Under the pieces are notes generated by a model. It had not been told where the DNA came from, did no database searches, and saw only the letters and a program-made list of their open reading frames with translations. From contig JALUAR010000107.1 in the NCBI GenBank assembly GCA_027050975.1, positions 1-53,923 on the forward strand: a stretch of DNA of 53,923 bases. The letters run 5' to 3'. A program made the translations under genes and the position numbers. The stretch's first letter is position 1. Each line of letters starts with the position of its first letter. This document shows, one piece after another, positions 27,234 through 35,998 of the stretch. The DNA comes from Thermodesulfovibrio sp. (GTDB lineage: Bacteria; Nitrospirota; Thermodesulfovibrionia; Thermodesulfovibrionales; JdFR-85).

Positions 27234-28234
27234 AAGATAAGCATAGCATCACCATAGGAGAAAAATCTATAACCATTCCTTATAGCCTCATTATAGGCGT
27301 TCAGGAGCATCTTTTTTCCCACAAGGGCTGAAACCAGCATAAGAGGGGTTGATCTGGGAAGGTGAAAGTTGGTAATCATCCCGTCTATTGCCTTGAATTC
27401 GTATCCTGGGTAGATAAAGAGGTCCGTATAACCTCTTATGGAACCGTTTTTCCCGCTTCCGTGATAATGTCCGCTTATTACGGCCTCCAGAGTTCTTGTA
27501 ACTGTAGTTCCAACGGCTATTACCCTTTTGCCCTCTCTCTTTGTGTCGGACACGAGTTGAAGTAGTTCTGCTGAAACTTCAAACTCTTCGGCATCCATGG
27601 TATGCTCTTGTACAATCTCCGTTTTTATCGGTTTAAAGGTGCCTATTCCGACATGGAGCGTTACCGTCCCTATCTTAACACCCTTTGCATTGAGTTGATG
27701 AAGCAAATCCTCTGTAAAATGAAGACCTGCAGTGGGTGCGGCTATTGAGCCTTCCTTTTCGGCATAAACGGTCTGATACCACTGTCTATCCTTATCAGTA
27801 GGATCGCGCTTTATATACGGTGGCAAAGGCATCAAGCCGTAACGCTGAATATAATCGCTGATGTCCGGGCTGGCAAACCTTGCTATCCTTCCTTCGATTA
27901 TCTCTGCCTCCATACCACCCTCAAAAAAGACCTTTCCGGAATATCTGCCTCTTGAAAGAATCTCATAGCTGTCTTCCGATACCCTTTTGACAAGGAGGAT
28001 CTCTAACCTGCCGCCTGTGGGTTTTCTGCCTCGCAGCCTTGCAGGAATGACTTTAGAATTGTTCAGAATAAGAAGGTCTCCCTCCTGGAGGTAATATGTA
28101 ATCTCTCTGAACCTTCTATGCTCTATGGAGCCGTCTCTTTTGAGAACGAGAAGTCTGCTGAGGTCCCTTCTCTCAGAAGGGGTCCGTGCGATCATCTCTT
28201 CGGGTAAATCAAAATCAAAATCTTTTACAAGCAT
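27230..28234 (-). CDS. queA: tRNA preQ1(34) S-adenosylmethionine ribosyltransferase-isomerase
   Basis: MLVKDFDFDLPEEMIA… and the canonical QueA sequence throughout. The track ORF starts 27 nt earlier; ATG 28234 matches known N-termini and has an AAAGGA SD. Confidence 0.93.
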   Translation of the reverse strand: MLVKDFDFDLPEEMIARTPSERRDLSRLLVLKRDGSIEHRRFREITYYLQEGDLLILNNSKVIPARLRGRKPTGGRLEILLVKRVSEDSYEILSRGRYSGKVFFEGGMEAEIIEGRIARFASPDISDYIQRYGLMPLPPYIKRDPTDKDRQWYQTVYAEKEGSIAAPTAGLHFTEDLLHQLNAKGVKIGTVTLHVGIGTFKPIKTEIVQEHTMDAEEFEVSAELLQLVSDTKREGKRVIAVGTTVTRTLEAVISGHYHGSGKNGSIRGYTDLFIYPGYEFKAIDGMITNFHLPRSTPLMLVSALVGKKMLLNAYNEAIRNGYRFFSYGDAMLIL

Positions 28235-28296
28235 AACAGTCCTTTTGGTTTGCAAGGGCATCCTTGGTAGATATCATAAAATGTGATAACCAGTCA

Positions 28297-28521
28297 TTAT
28301 CTCCTGCCAATCAGCCATAGTATTAATGACAGGATTATGCTCAGCAAGAGGCTTGTGGCAAGAGGAAAATAGAAGGTAAAGTTCTTTCTCTGTATGATGA
28401 TATCTCCGGGAAGCCGTCCAAAAAACGGAATCTTGCCAACAAGTAACAGAAGCCCTCCCAGGAGGATAATCATTACCCCTACTATTATTAAAAACTTGCC
28501 TATATGTCCGAAGGGGTCCAT
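28297..28521 (-). CDS. DUF2905-family small membrane protein
   Basis: 74 aa, two TM helices, and the conserved GRLPGDIIIQRKNFTFYFP motif. Confidence 0.7.
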   Translation of the reverse strand: MDPFGHIGKFLIIVGVMIILLGGLLLLVGKIPFFGRLPGDIIIQRKNFTFYFPLATSLLLSIILSLILWLIGRR

Positions 28522-28526
28522 GCCTC

Positions 28527-29066
28527 TTACCTTTTTTTCCTTCCTATATATCTCTCCATTTCGGAATAGATGCAGCCACAGTATTTCTGTCTGTAAAGGC
28601 CGAGTTCTCTTGAAATCTTAACACCCTCCTTCCACCCCACTCTAAAGTCCTCCGCAAGAAACTCGATATCGTACTTCTGCTCCAATTCCTTACCCTTTTC
28701 TATAATTTTATCAAATTTCTGATAGGGGCTTACAAGAAGGCTTGTGGTAAAGGCATCCATACCCTCCTGTTTGGCTGCACGGGCAGCCTCTTCAAGCCTC
28801 ACCCCGTAGCAGTACTCACATCTGCTGTCTTCATTGTTAACCACTGCACGGATAAACTCCTTTAAACCGTAAACATCATTGTATATGATATCAAGCTTCC
28901 AGAGTTCCTGTAACTGCTGCAGGGCTTCGAGCCTCATCCTGTATTCAGTGTAGGGATGTATGTTAGGATTGAACCAGAGGCCATGAAGCTCTATCCCCCT
29001 GTCTTTAAGGCTTTTTATAGGATAGAGAGCGCAGTTTGCACAACATATATGCATGAGAAGTCTCAT
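28527..29066 (-). CDS. queH: Epoxyqueuosine reductase QueH (DUF208)
   Basis: HICCANCALYP…CEYCY…YCGCIY Cys pattern of QueH. GGAGG SD. Confidence 0.85.
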   Translation of the reverse strand: MRLLMHICCANCALYPIKSLKDRGIELHGLWFNPNIHPYTEYRMRLEALQQLQELWKLDIIYNDVYGLKEFIRAVVNNEDSRCEYCYGVRLEEAARAAKQEGMDAFTTSLLVSPYQKFDKIIEKGKELEQKYDIEFLAEDFRVGWKEGVKISRELGLYRQKYCGCIYSEMERYIGRKKR

Positions 29067-29104
29067 TGAAAATGAATCCTCCTGTTAATATTCGGTAGTT
29101 TATT

Positions 29105-29132
29105 ATTATACCAGAGTTTCGGATAAGACAAG
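29105..29132 (-). promoter_or_regulatory. Candidate sigma-70 promoter for the queH operon (extended -10 TGGTATAAT, -35-like TTGTCT)
   Basis: On the minus strand: TTGTCT-N15-TATAAT preceded by TG. The -10 element lies 39 nt upstream of the queH ATG. The spacer is short, so this is tentative. Confidence 0.3.
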
Positions 29133-29151
29133 AAGTTTGTAAATGTATTTG

Positions 29152-32100
29152 TTACACTGCGGCAGAGGTGCCTCCATTGAGGGCATCCCTTATTTTAAAG
29201 GCGAGTTCTTTTATATTGAAGGGTTTTTCTATAATACCTTTAATTCGGTATTTCAGATCTTTCTGGATGAGGTGTTTGCCATAGCCAGTGAGGAGTATGA
29301 AGGGTATATTAGGTTTGATTTGTATCATACTCATGTACAGGTCCGTACCCTTCATTTCAGGCATTATCTGGTCAGAGATTACCAGATCAAAACCCTCTGG
29401 GTCTGACTCAAAAATCTCCAAAGCCTCTTTTCCGGAAGATGCCGTTATTACAGAGTATCCGAGAGCCATGAGTATTGACCGGCCTGTCTCCCGGATGATC
29501 TTCTCATCATCCACGATGAGAATCTTTTCTGTTCCTCTGGGAAGGGTTTGATCAATTATTATATCCTCGGACATAATATGACAGATGTCTGCCACAGGTA
29601 GATATATCTCAAAGGTGCTTCCCTTGCCTGGAGAAGATACCAGGTCAATAAAACCTCCGTGGGCATCCACTACAGAGTAGACAACACTTAAGCCAAGGCC
29701 GGAACCCTTGCCCTCGGGTTTGGTGGTAAAGAAGGGATCAAAGATCTTATGCTGAATATCCTTCTGAATGCCCACGCCCGTATCACTTACTTTAAGAACG
29801 GCATATTCGGATGCTTCCTTGCCGGAGGATGACAGGGCATCGGCGGATTGTATCCTTTTTGTCTCTATGGTGAGGGTCCCTCCATCTGGCATGGCATCTC
29901 TGGCATTTACGCATAGATTCATGATTACCTGGGTTACCTGAGCCCTGTCTATATTGACATAGAGAGGCTCTTCCGCTTTTTTAAATACTACAGCTATATC
30001 CTCACCAATGATTCTCTTAATTAATTTCATAGACTCTTCAACAACCGCATTGAGATCCTGGACCCGTCTGTCCATGGGGGCCTTCTTGCCGAATATAAGA
30101 AGCTGTCGTGTAAATTCCTTTGCCCTGTCTGCTGCGCACTTTATTGTCTCAAGGTGTCCTTTTATCGAACTATCTTTGGTTTTAAGTATTGCAAGTTCGG
30201 TATGTCCTACAATAGCGGTAAGGATATTGTTAAAGTCGTGAGCTATTCCGCCCGAAAGGTTTCCAATGGACTCCATCTTTTGTGCCTGAAGCAGTTGCTG
30301 ATGGAGTCGATCCTTCTCCTTTTCCATCTCTTTCAGAAATGTGATATCCTTGATGCTGTGGATAATTCCAGAAATCTCGCCATTTTCTCCGCGGATAAGA
30401 GATGTAGTGTAGATTAAATGCGTACCTCTGTCTTCATCAAAGATCTCCTTTATGGATGGCTTTCCGGTAACAACTGTTTCATAATGGGGACATTTCCCCG
30501 TAGAGTGTTTATCAAATTGGATGACTTCATGACATTTTTTTCCTAACACATCAACTGAGTTACCGATGAATTTATAGAATGCCCTGTTTGCCTTGATAAT
30601 CGAAAATGTGCGATCCGTAATGAAGAGGGGATCGGAGAAGGACTTAAACGTCTCTTCCCAGTATCGCTGCTCTGTGATAACTTTTTCAAAGAGAAGGGCC
30701 TTCTCTATTGCTATCTCCGCAAAGTTTGAGAAGATATTGAAGAAATGTATGTCATCAAGATTCGGAAGATACTCCTGTTGCCAGAATGCAATAAGCAGAC
30801 CGAGTTTTTTTCCCTTTTTTGTAAAGAGATATCTTGTGTATACGGATTTGACATTGAGTCTCGAAGCAATCTCATGCAAGGGTTTCCATCTGTCGCTTTT
30901 AAAGATGTTGAGACTACAAAAAGTGTTATCCTTCATATTAAATTCCGAATCCAGTCTTTCGAGATGTAGAACCAGGTTCTTGTATATTGTCTTATCCACA
31001 CCCCTTATGGATGCGGGATAGAGTGTGTTGAAATCCTGATTGTAGAGAAAGATGCCGGATACATCAGGCTTCAGTATCCTTGTTAAGGCATCTGTTATCA
31101 CCTCCAGGACCTCTCTCTTTTCATCTGACTTGGAAAGAACCCTGACAATCTCTGTAAGAGCGGTTAAACGTTCGGTATGTTCCTCCAGTTCCTTGAACTG
31201 AAGTATTCGATTGAATGAGGTATTTATTGTATCTGTGAGGATACTGAAAAAATCTTCTTCAGACTTCCTGAAAGCCTTTTGCTTTATATAGGCAATATTA
31301 TAGACTCCGACCACCATATCATCCCTTTTCAGAGGTATAGAGACAATTGTCTCGTAGCCAGCCTCTTTGATAATTGGTTTGAGCCTGTTATTGGGAAACT
31401 CATCGATTGTCTCAGCAATATAAGTTTTTCCTGACTGAATGGCAAAGGCTGCGACACATTCATCAAGCCCTATCTCGCTAAGATAATCTTCAAGTTTTTC
31501 ATTTTTCGGAAGTCCGCTCTGCCTGAGAAGTCTTTTGTTCTTACGATCGATTAAATAGACATTACAACCGTCAGCATTTAGGGAATCCATACCGAGATTA
31601 ACAAGGCTCTGGAAAAAGTCTTCCATTCTGTTTATTGACTGGAGTTTTTCAGCATAAGTGCCAAGAATCTTCTTCTGTTCATTAAGCTTATAATGTTCCG
31701 TGATATCCATTCCCATTAAGATTGCGTAGGGGATCTCATCACCAACATAAAATGGTATGTACTGAACAAGAATATATTTAAGACCTTTTTCGGATATATG
31801 AGAATTGATGATATGGTGTCTCTTCCCTTGAAAGGCAATTAAAAGACCGCATTCTCTTGGTTTTTCGGAGTCTTCGGAGTGGCAGGGCACTTCAAGTCCG
31901 TGAAATACCCTATAACATTCCTTCCCTATGACTTCGGGTTCGGTCTTTCCCATATATTCCAGGGAATTCTTATTCGCATATTGTATTTTATAGTTACGAT
32001 CAACTACAACAACCATATTCGTCATGTTATCAAGAAGGTTTTTCAGATACAATCTTGATTCAGCCAGTTCCTTCTGAATCCTGGTAATCTCTTCTGCCAT

Positions 32101-32622
32101 TATGTTTAATGAATCAGCGATCTCGCCTATCTCATCAGAGCCATTATCAACTATCGGATCCCATCCCTGTCCTCTGAACATTGCAAGCCTGTTTTTGATA
32201 TTTTTTAACCGCCGTACAATAAAGAAATGAATATATCCACCTCCGAAAAAGAGAAAGACTCCAAGGAGGCTTAAATACCCTATTAAGAGTCCCTTCCTGT
32301 GGATTTTTCCGATCTCTTTGACAGGCAGTGATGTAAGGGATATGGTTACGAAGCCGAGGGTTTTTACCTCTCTTGAGTGACATTCCAAACATTCCGGTCT
32401 GTTTTTAAGACTAACAGTTAAGGCAGAAGGGTTCGTCTTTTTGGGTGTCCGGTGACATGAAGAACAGGGGGGCAGGGAGAAAAAGGGTAAAGAGGTATTT
32501 TCCTTATTCAGGCTGTACCAGAGCCGTCCGGAGTTGTCATAAATCTGCAGATCTTTAAGCCATCCAGCCCTCTGAAGCCTTAAAAGGTCGCTCTTGAGGG
32601 ATTGAAGATCATTGGAAAGCAT
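29152..32622 (-). CDS. Large hybrid sensor histidine kinase: CXXCH-containing periplasmic domain, TM, HAMP, PAS, GAF, PAS, HisKA, HATPase, C-terminal receiver
   Basis: CSSCH (32452-32466) and CLECH (32377-32391). TM helix LLIGYLSLLGVFLFFGG, HAMP, H-box (GIAHDFNNIL), G-boxes (DTGVGI, GSGLGLS), and a receiver (ILIVDDE…LVISDQIMPEMKG…KPF). Coordinates run from the first ATG; the true start is probably upstream (see findings). Confidence 0.88.
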   Translation of the reverse strand: MLSNDLQSLKSDLLRLQRAGWLKDLQIYDNSGRLWYSLNKENTSLPFFSLPPCSSCHRTPKKTNPSALTVSLKNRPECLECHSREVKTLGFVTISLTSLPVKEIGKIHRKGLLIGYLSLLGVFLFFGGGYIHFFIVRRLKNIKNRLAMFRGQGWDPIVDNGSDEIGEIADSLNIMAEEITRIQKELAESRLYLKNLLDNMTNMVVVVDRNYKIQYANKNSLEYMGKTEPEVIGKECYRVFHGLEVPCHSEDSEKPRECGLLIAFQGKRHHIINSHISEKGLKYILVQYIPFYVGDEIPYAILMGMDITEHYKLNEQKKILGTYAEKLQSINRMEDFFQSLVNLGMDSLNADGCNVYLIDRKNKRLLRQSGLPKNEKLEDYLSEIGLDECVAAFAIQSGKTYIAETIDEFPNNRLKPIIKEAGYETIVSIPLKRDDMVVGVYNIAYIKQKAFRKSEEDFFSILTDTINTSFNRILQFKELEEHTERLTALTEIVRVLSKSDEKREVLEVITDALTRILKPDVSGIFLYNQDFNTLYPASIRGVDKTIYKNLVLHLERLDSEFNMKDNTFCSLNIFKSDRWKPLHEIASRLNVKSVYTRYLFTKKGKKLGLLIAFWQQEYLPNLDDIHFFNIFSNFAEIAIEKALLFEKVITEQRYWEETFKSFSDPLFITDRTFSIIKANRAFYKFIGNSVDVLGKKCHEVIQFDKHSTGKCPHYETVVTGKPSIKEIFDEDRGTHLIYTTSLIRGENGEISGIIHSIKDITFLKEMEKEKDRLHQQLLQAQKMESIGNLSGGIAHDFNNILTAIVGHTELAILKTKDSSIKGHLETIKCAADRAKEFTRQLLIFGKKAPMDRRVQDLNAVVEESMKLIKRIIGEDIAVVFKKAEEPLYVNIDRAQVTQVIMNLCVNARDAMPDGGTLTIETKRIQSADALSSSGKEASEYAVLKVSDTGVGIQKDIQHKIFDPFFTTKPEGKGSGLGLSVVYSVVDAHGGFIDLVSSPGKGSTFEIYLPVADICHIMSEDIIIDQTLPRGTEKILIVDDEKIIRETGRSILMALGYSVITASSGKEALEIFESDPEGFDLVISDQIMPEMKGTDLYMSMIQIKPNIPFILLTGYGKHLIQKDLKYRIKGIIEKPFNIKELAFKIRDALNGGTSAAV

Positions 32623-32835
32623 TTTTTCTCTGATGGTTTCGGTGAGAAAGTTTACATGGCTTATAGTCTCTATATGAAGGGTTTTTTCTATAATATCTCT
32701 ATGTTTGGTGTTTTCATAAAAAATGGCAATAGTAAGAACAACAGCACTTAATAGAAGTGCAAGAAAGGATAACCTTCCATTTAGTCCTTTAAATGGAATG
32801 CCGCGGTACCTCCACTGAAAAATCTGAAAGGAGCT

Positions 32836-33045
32836 TTACTCCTTTGCAGACTTTGCTTTGTTTGCATACTGGTAAAAATCACACTTCAGGCAGGTGTCTA
32901 TTTTTTTTGCAAATGTGCCCTGTACCTCTCCTCCGCACATTGTGCCTGCAACCAACCAGCAGATCTTTCCGGATCGCTTTGTGTATGCAGGACAGTCACC
33001 GGTTTTGTCCCTTCCGCATTTTTTAAACTCCCAGCAGTTCATCAT
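32836..33045 (-). CDS. Small Cys-rich 'two-CW' domain protein (putative metal-binding)
   Basis: 69 aa. MMNCWEFKKCGR…DCPAY…ICWLVAGTMCGG…CLKCDFY has two CW motifs and eight Cys. Strong AAGGAGGTGG SD. I recall RefSeq labelling this fold 'two-CW domain'. Confidence 0.7.
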   Translation of the reverse strand: MMNCWEFKKCGRDKTGDCPAYTKRSGKICWLVAGTMCGGEVQGTFAKKIDTCLKCDFYQYANKAKSAKE

Positions 33046-33086
33046 CTCTCGCCACCTCCTTGATATTTTATCAACAGGTCAGATGA

Positions 33087-33101
33087 GCAAATTGTGTGCC
33101 A
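33087..33101 (-). promoter_or_regulatory. Sigma-54 (-24/-12) promoter driving the two-CW gene and probably the kinase
   Basis: The minus strand reads CTGGCAC-ACAAT-TTGCT, against the consensus YTGGCACGR-N3-TTGCW. The -12 element lies 42 nt upstream of the two-CW ATG. Confidence 0.6.
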
Positions 33102-33326
33102 GCTTTGTTTGAAGAGATAAGAACAGAACAGGTTCCCGAGGCTATAGGAAAATATCCTGATTTATCAATATATTATCTGAAAAGAGTCCTGGCCTGTGAT
33201 GGAAAAGTTCGATGTCAAAAAATATAACTTCTCTGACAAAATTTGACGGCATAAAAAGGTCATTCTATAAATTTGACAACACTCTTTGACTCTTTAAGGA
33301 AACAGAGGGTTTTAGGAGAGGCGTTT

Positions 33327-34250
33327 TTAGGTAATAGGGCTTCTGTAGTGGCTTTCCTCGGGATGTATTTCGTTAATAAGTGAGGTGTCAAAGATGAGTT
33401 CCTCCTGTATCTCTTGCTCTATGTATCCGAGTGTCCTGAGTCTGTCTGCCAGTTGCATACTACATCGGATGTAACCCTCGGTGAGTTTGCTACAGTAATG
33501 GGGAGAGATTCTGATGGTATTAATCACAAACTCCCTATTTACAACCCCCATCATGCGTGCTATATCGGATGAGAGTTCTTCCACCTTAGTCCTCAGCATC
33601 TCCGATGCCTTCTCATGAATTATCAGGAACTCTCTCACTAGCTCTTTCTGGTTTGAAAGGAGGTCTCTTCTGACAAGAATTCCGTAACTGGGATTGTCAG
33701 GCCAGAGTAACTCGGGCGGATATACTATTTTGCCATTTCCGTAATATCTTACAGCCTCTGCAAGGGCAGGTGTTCCAACCACGGCATCCACTTCACCTTT
33801 CATGAATGCCTCGAGTACTTCATCAGCCCAGGGCAGATTTCGGACTTTCGTTGATAAGCCGCAACTATGTATAGCATCTGTAAGAATGAGGTCATGTATG
33901 GAGCCCTTCCCTGGGACACCGATGCACCTGAATTGTGATAGTATCTCTTTCAGGTTGTCAGATTCTGGATAGCCTTTAGCCCCTTTGGCTGCAGCAATAA
34001 CGGTTCCTTCAATATGTCCTCCCGCTATGCAGACAATATCGACACCCCTGGATATTCCGATAATTGCGGGAGGGAGCCCGATGTAGGCCATATCAATCTC
34101 TCCTTTTTCGAAGGCATTGACAATAGCAGGGCCGGTGCCAAAAAGATTCCACTGAACTTCGCAGAGAACCCCCTCAAGGAGTTCAGGCCTTGCCATCATT
34201 ACGATGGATGTATGATACAGTGTGGAGAGATGTCCTATGCGTAACTTCAT
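33327..34250 (-). CDS. Cytoplasmic periplasmic-binding-protein-fold (NMT1/SsuA/MqnA-like) substrate-binding domain protein
   Basis: KLRIGHLSTLYHT…EIDMAYIGLPPAI pattern of type-II PBP fold proteins, with no signal peptide. Starts 3 nt after ubiB. Confidence 0.55.
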   Translation of the reverse strand: MKLRIGHLSTLYHTSIVMMARPELLEGVLCEVQWNLFGTGPAIVNAFEKGEIDMAYIGLPPAIIGISRGVDIVCIAGGHIEGTVIAAAKGAKGYPESDNLKEILSQFRCIGVPGKGSIHDLILTDAIHSCGLSTKVRNLPWADEVLEAFMKGEVDAVVGTPALAEAVRYYGNGKIVYPPELLWPDNPSYGILVRRDLLSNQKELVREFLIIHEKASEMLRTKVEELSSDIARMMGVVNREFVINTIRISPHYCSKLTEGYIRCSMQLADRLRTLGYIEQEIQEELIFDTSLINEIHPEESHYRSPIT

Positions 34251-34253
34251 TTC

Positions 34254-35954
34254 TTACAGTCGTCCTGACCTTATGATAGAGATAAGAAGCCAGAAACCCA
34301 GAACAAATGCCATAATGAAACCTGTGAGTCCCAGAAAGGGGATATCAAAAACCTTACCTCCTGCTCCAGAAAGCGTCAGGATTGAGGAACTCAGTATAAT
34401 GGCAGCCACCACTATACTGAAGGCCAGACGGTTTGTGGAACGGTCAATGTCTCGTATGAGCTTGTCAAGACCTATAGGGGTCATCTTTACATGGAGTTCA
34501 TCCTTTAGTGCCTTCCTCAGGAGTATTCGTAACTGTCGGGGGGTAGTGGTTGTGAAATTGGATATCTCCACAAGTTCCTTCTGGATACGTTCGTATACTC
34601 TTTGGGGATGATACCTGCTCCTTATTAACTTGGATGCATAGGGTTCGGCAATACTGATAAAGTTGAAGTTCGGGTCAAGTTCTCTGCCAATACTGTCAAG
34701 AATTAGCATACATTTATTAAGCAGTAGCAGATCAGACGGTATCTTCAATTTGTGTTTTATTGCTATGTGGAGCAGAGTATCCAGATACTGGGCTATGTTT
34801 ATCTCGGAAATTGTCATATCATACATGGGAATCAGAAAATCTTTTATGTCGTTTTTGAACTCCCTTCTGAATGTTTCTATGTCAACCTCTTCAGTGACAA
34901 GGCCGAGATTTATGTATTGATCCACAAGGGCATCGAAATCCTTTTTCACAAGAGCTATTAAAGCAGAGGCAATGCTTTCCATGATATCAGGTGTTAGCCA
35001 GCCAACAATTCCGAAATCAAGCAGGCCGATTCTTCCATCTGGCATCACAAATATATTTCCAGGATGCGGGTCTGCATGGAAAAAGCCGTCTTCAAGAAAC
35101 ATCTTGAAGTATGCATCAATCCCTACACGGGCAAGTTCAGCCCTGTCCAACCCCATTTTATCTATAGCCTCTATATTGTCAATCCTTACACCCTCAATCC
35201 GCTCCATTACAATCATTCTTTTTGAAACCAGTTCCGGATACAGTCTGGGGATATGAATATTGGGATTGTTTTGGAAGTTTCTCCTGAAACGGCACATGTT
35301 CTTTGCCTCTTCGGTGAAATCCAGTTCTTTTGTTATCGTACGAGAGAACTCTTCCACAATTCCTTTAGGATTAAAAAACTCTGTCTCGGGCATGTACCTG
35401 ACCATCAGAGAGGTAATGGTTCTGAGAATGGATATGTCTGTCTCAATTAGCTCCGGGATCCCGGGTCTCTGTATTTTAATTACCACGGGAGAGCCATCCG
35501 TTAGTGTGGCAAAATGGACCTGTGCAATGGAGGCGGCAGCTATTGGTTTTTCATCTATACTTTCGAAGATCTCGGCAGGATCAACACCCATGTCCTCCCT
35601 GATAATCCTGATTACATCCTCAAAAGGAAAGGGTGGTACCTCATCCTGGAGTTTCTTGAATTCATCGGCATAGGGTTTTGTGATAAGATCAGGTCTTGAT
35701 GCAAGCAATTGGGCAAGTTTGATAAAGGAAGGTCCCAACTCACCAAAGGCCAATCTCAACCTTTCGGGAATGGAATGAGCCATTACCGGTGGGATGCCGA
35801 GGATCTTAACTCTCTTCCTGAAAGGAAGAACCCGGTGAAGATTGAGCTGCTCTATAAACTGGCCAAAACCATGCTTGATAAAGACATTTACAATATGTCT
35901 GACCCTGTTAAGATTTTTATAAACCCTTTTGAGCCTGAGGACCTCAAGTAGCAT
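34254..35954 (-). CDS. ubiB: UbiB/ABC1/AarF-family atypical kinase (quinone biosynthesis-associated)
   Basis: ABC1 domain motifs (AAASIAQVHFA, HADPHPGNIFV, LLDFGIVG) and C-terminal TM helices. Confidence 0.9.
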   Translation of the reverse strand: MLLEVLRLKRVYKNLNRVRHIVNVFIKHGFGQFIEQLNLHRVLPFRKRVKILGIPPVMAHSIPERLRLAFGELGPSFIKLAQLLASRPDLITKPYADEFKKLQDEVPPFPFEDVIRIIREDMGVDPAEIFESIDEKPIAAASIAQVHFATLTDGSPVVIKIQRPGIPELIETDISILRTITSLMVRYMPETEFFNPKGIVEEFSRTITKELDFTEEAKNMCRFRRNFQNNPNIHIPRLYPELVSKRMIVMERIEGVRIDNIEAIDKMGLDRAELARVGIDAYFKMFLEDGFFHADPHPGNIFVMPDGRIGLLDFGIVGWLTPDIMESIASALIALVKKDFDALVDQYINLGLVTEEVDIETFRREFKNDIKDFLIPMYDMTISEINIAQYLDTLLHIAIKHKLKIPSDLLLLNKCMLILDSIGRELDPNFNFISIAEPYASKLIRSRYHPQRVYERIQKELVEISNFTTTTPRQLRILLRKALKDELHVKMTPIGLDKLIRDIDRSTNRLAFSIVVAAIILSSSILTLSGAGGKVFDIPFLGLTGFIMAFVLGFWLLISIIRSGRL

Positions 35955-35998
35955 CTGTTTAATATCCCGTTATAGTTCCTGACGGAGAAGGAGGCTTA

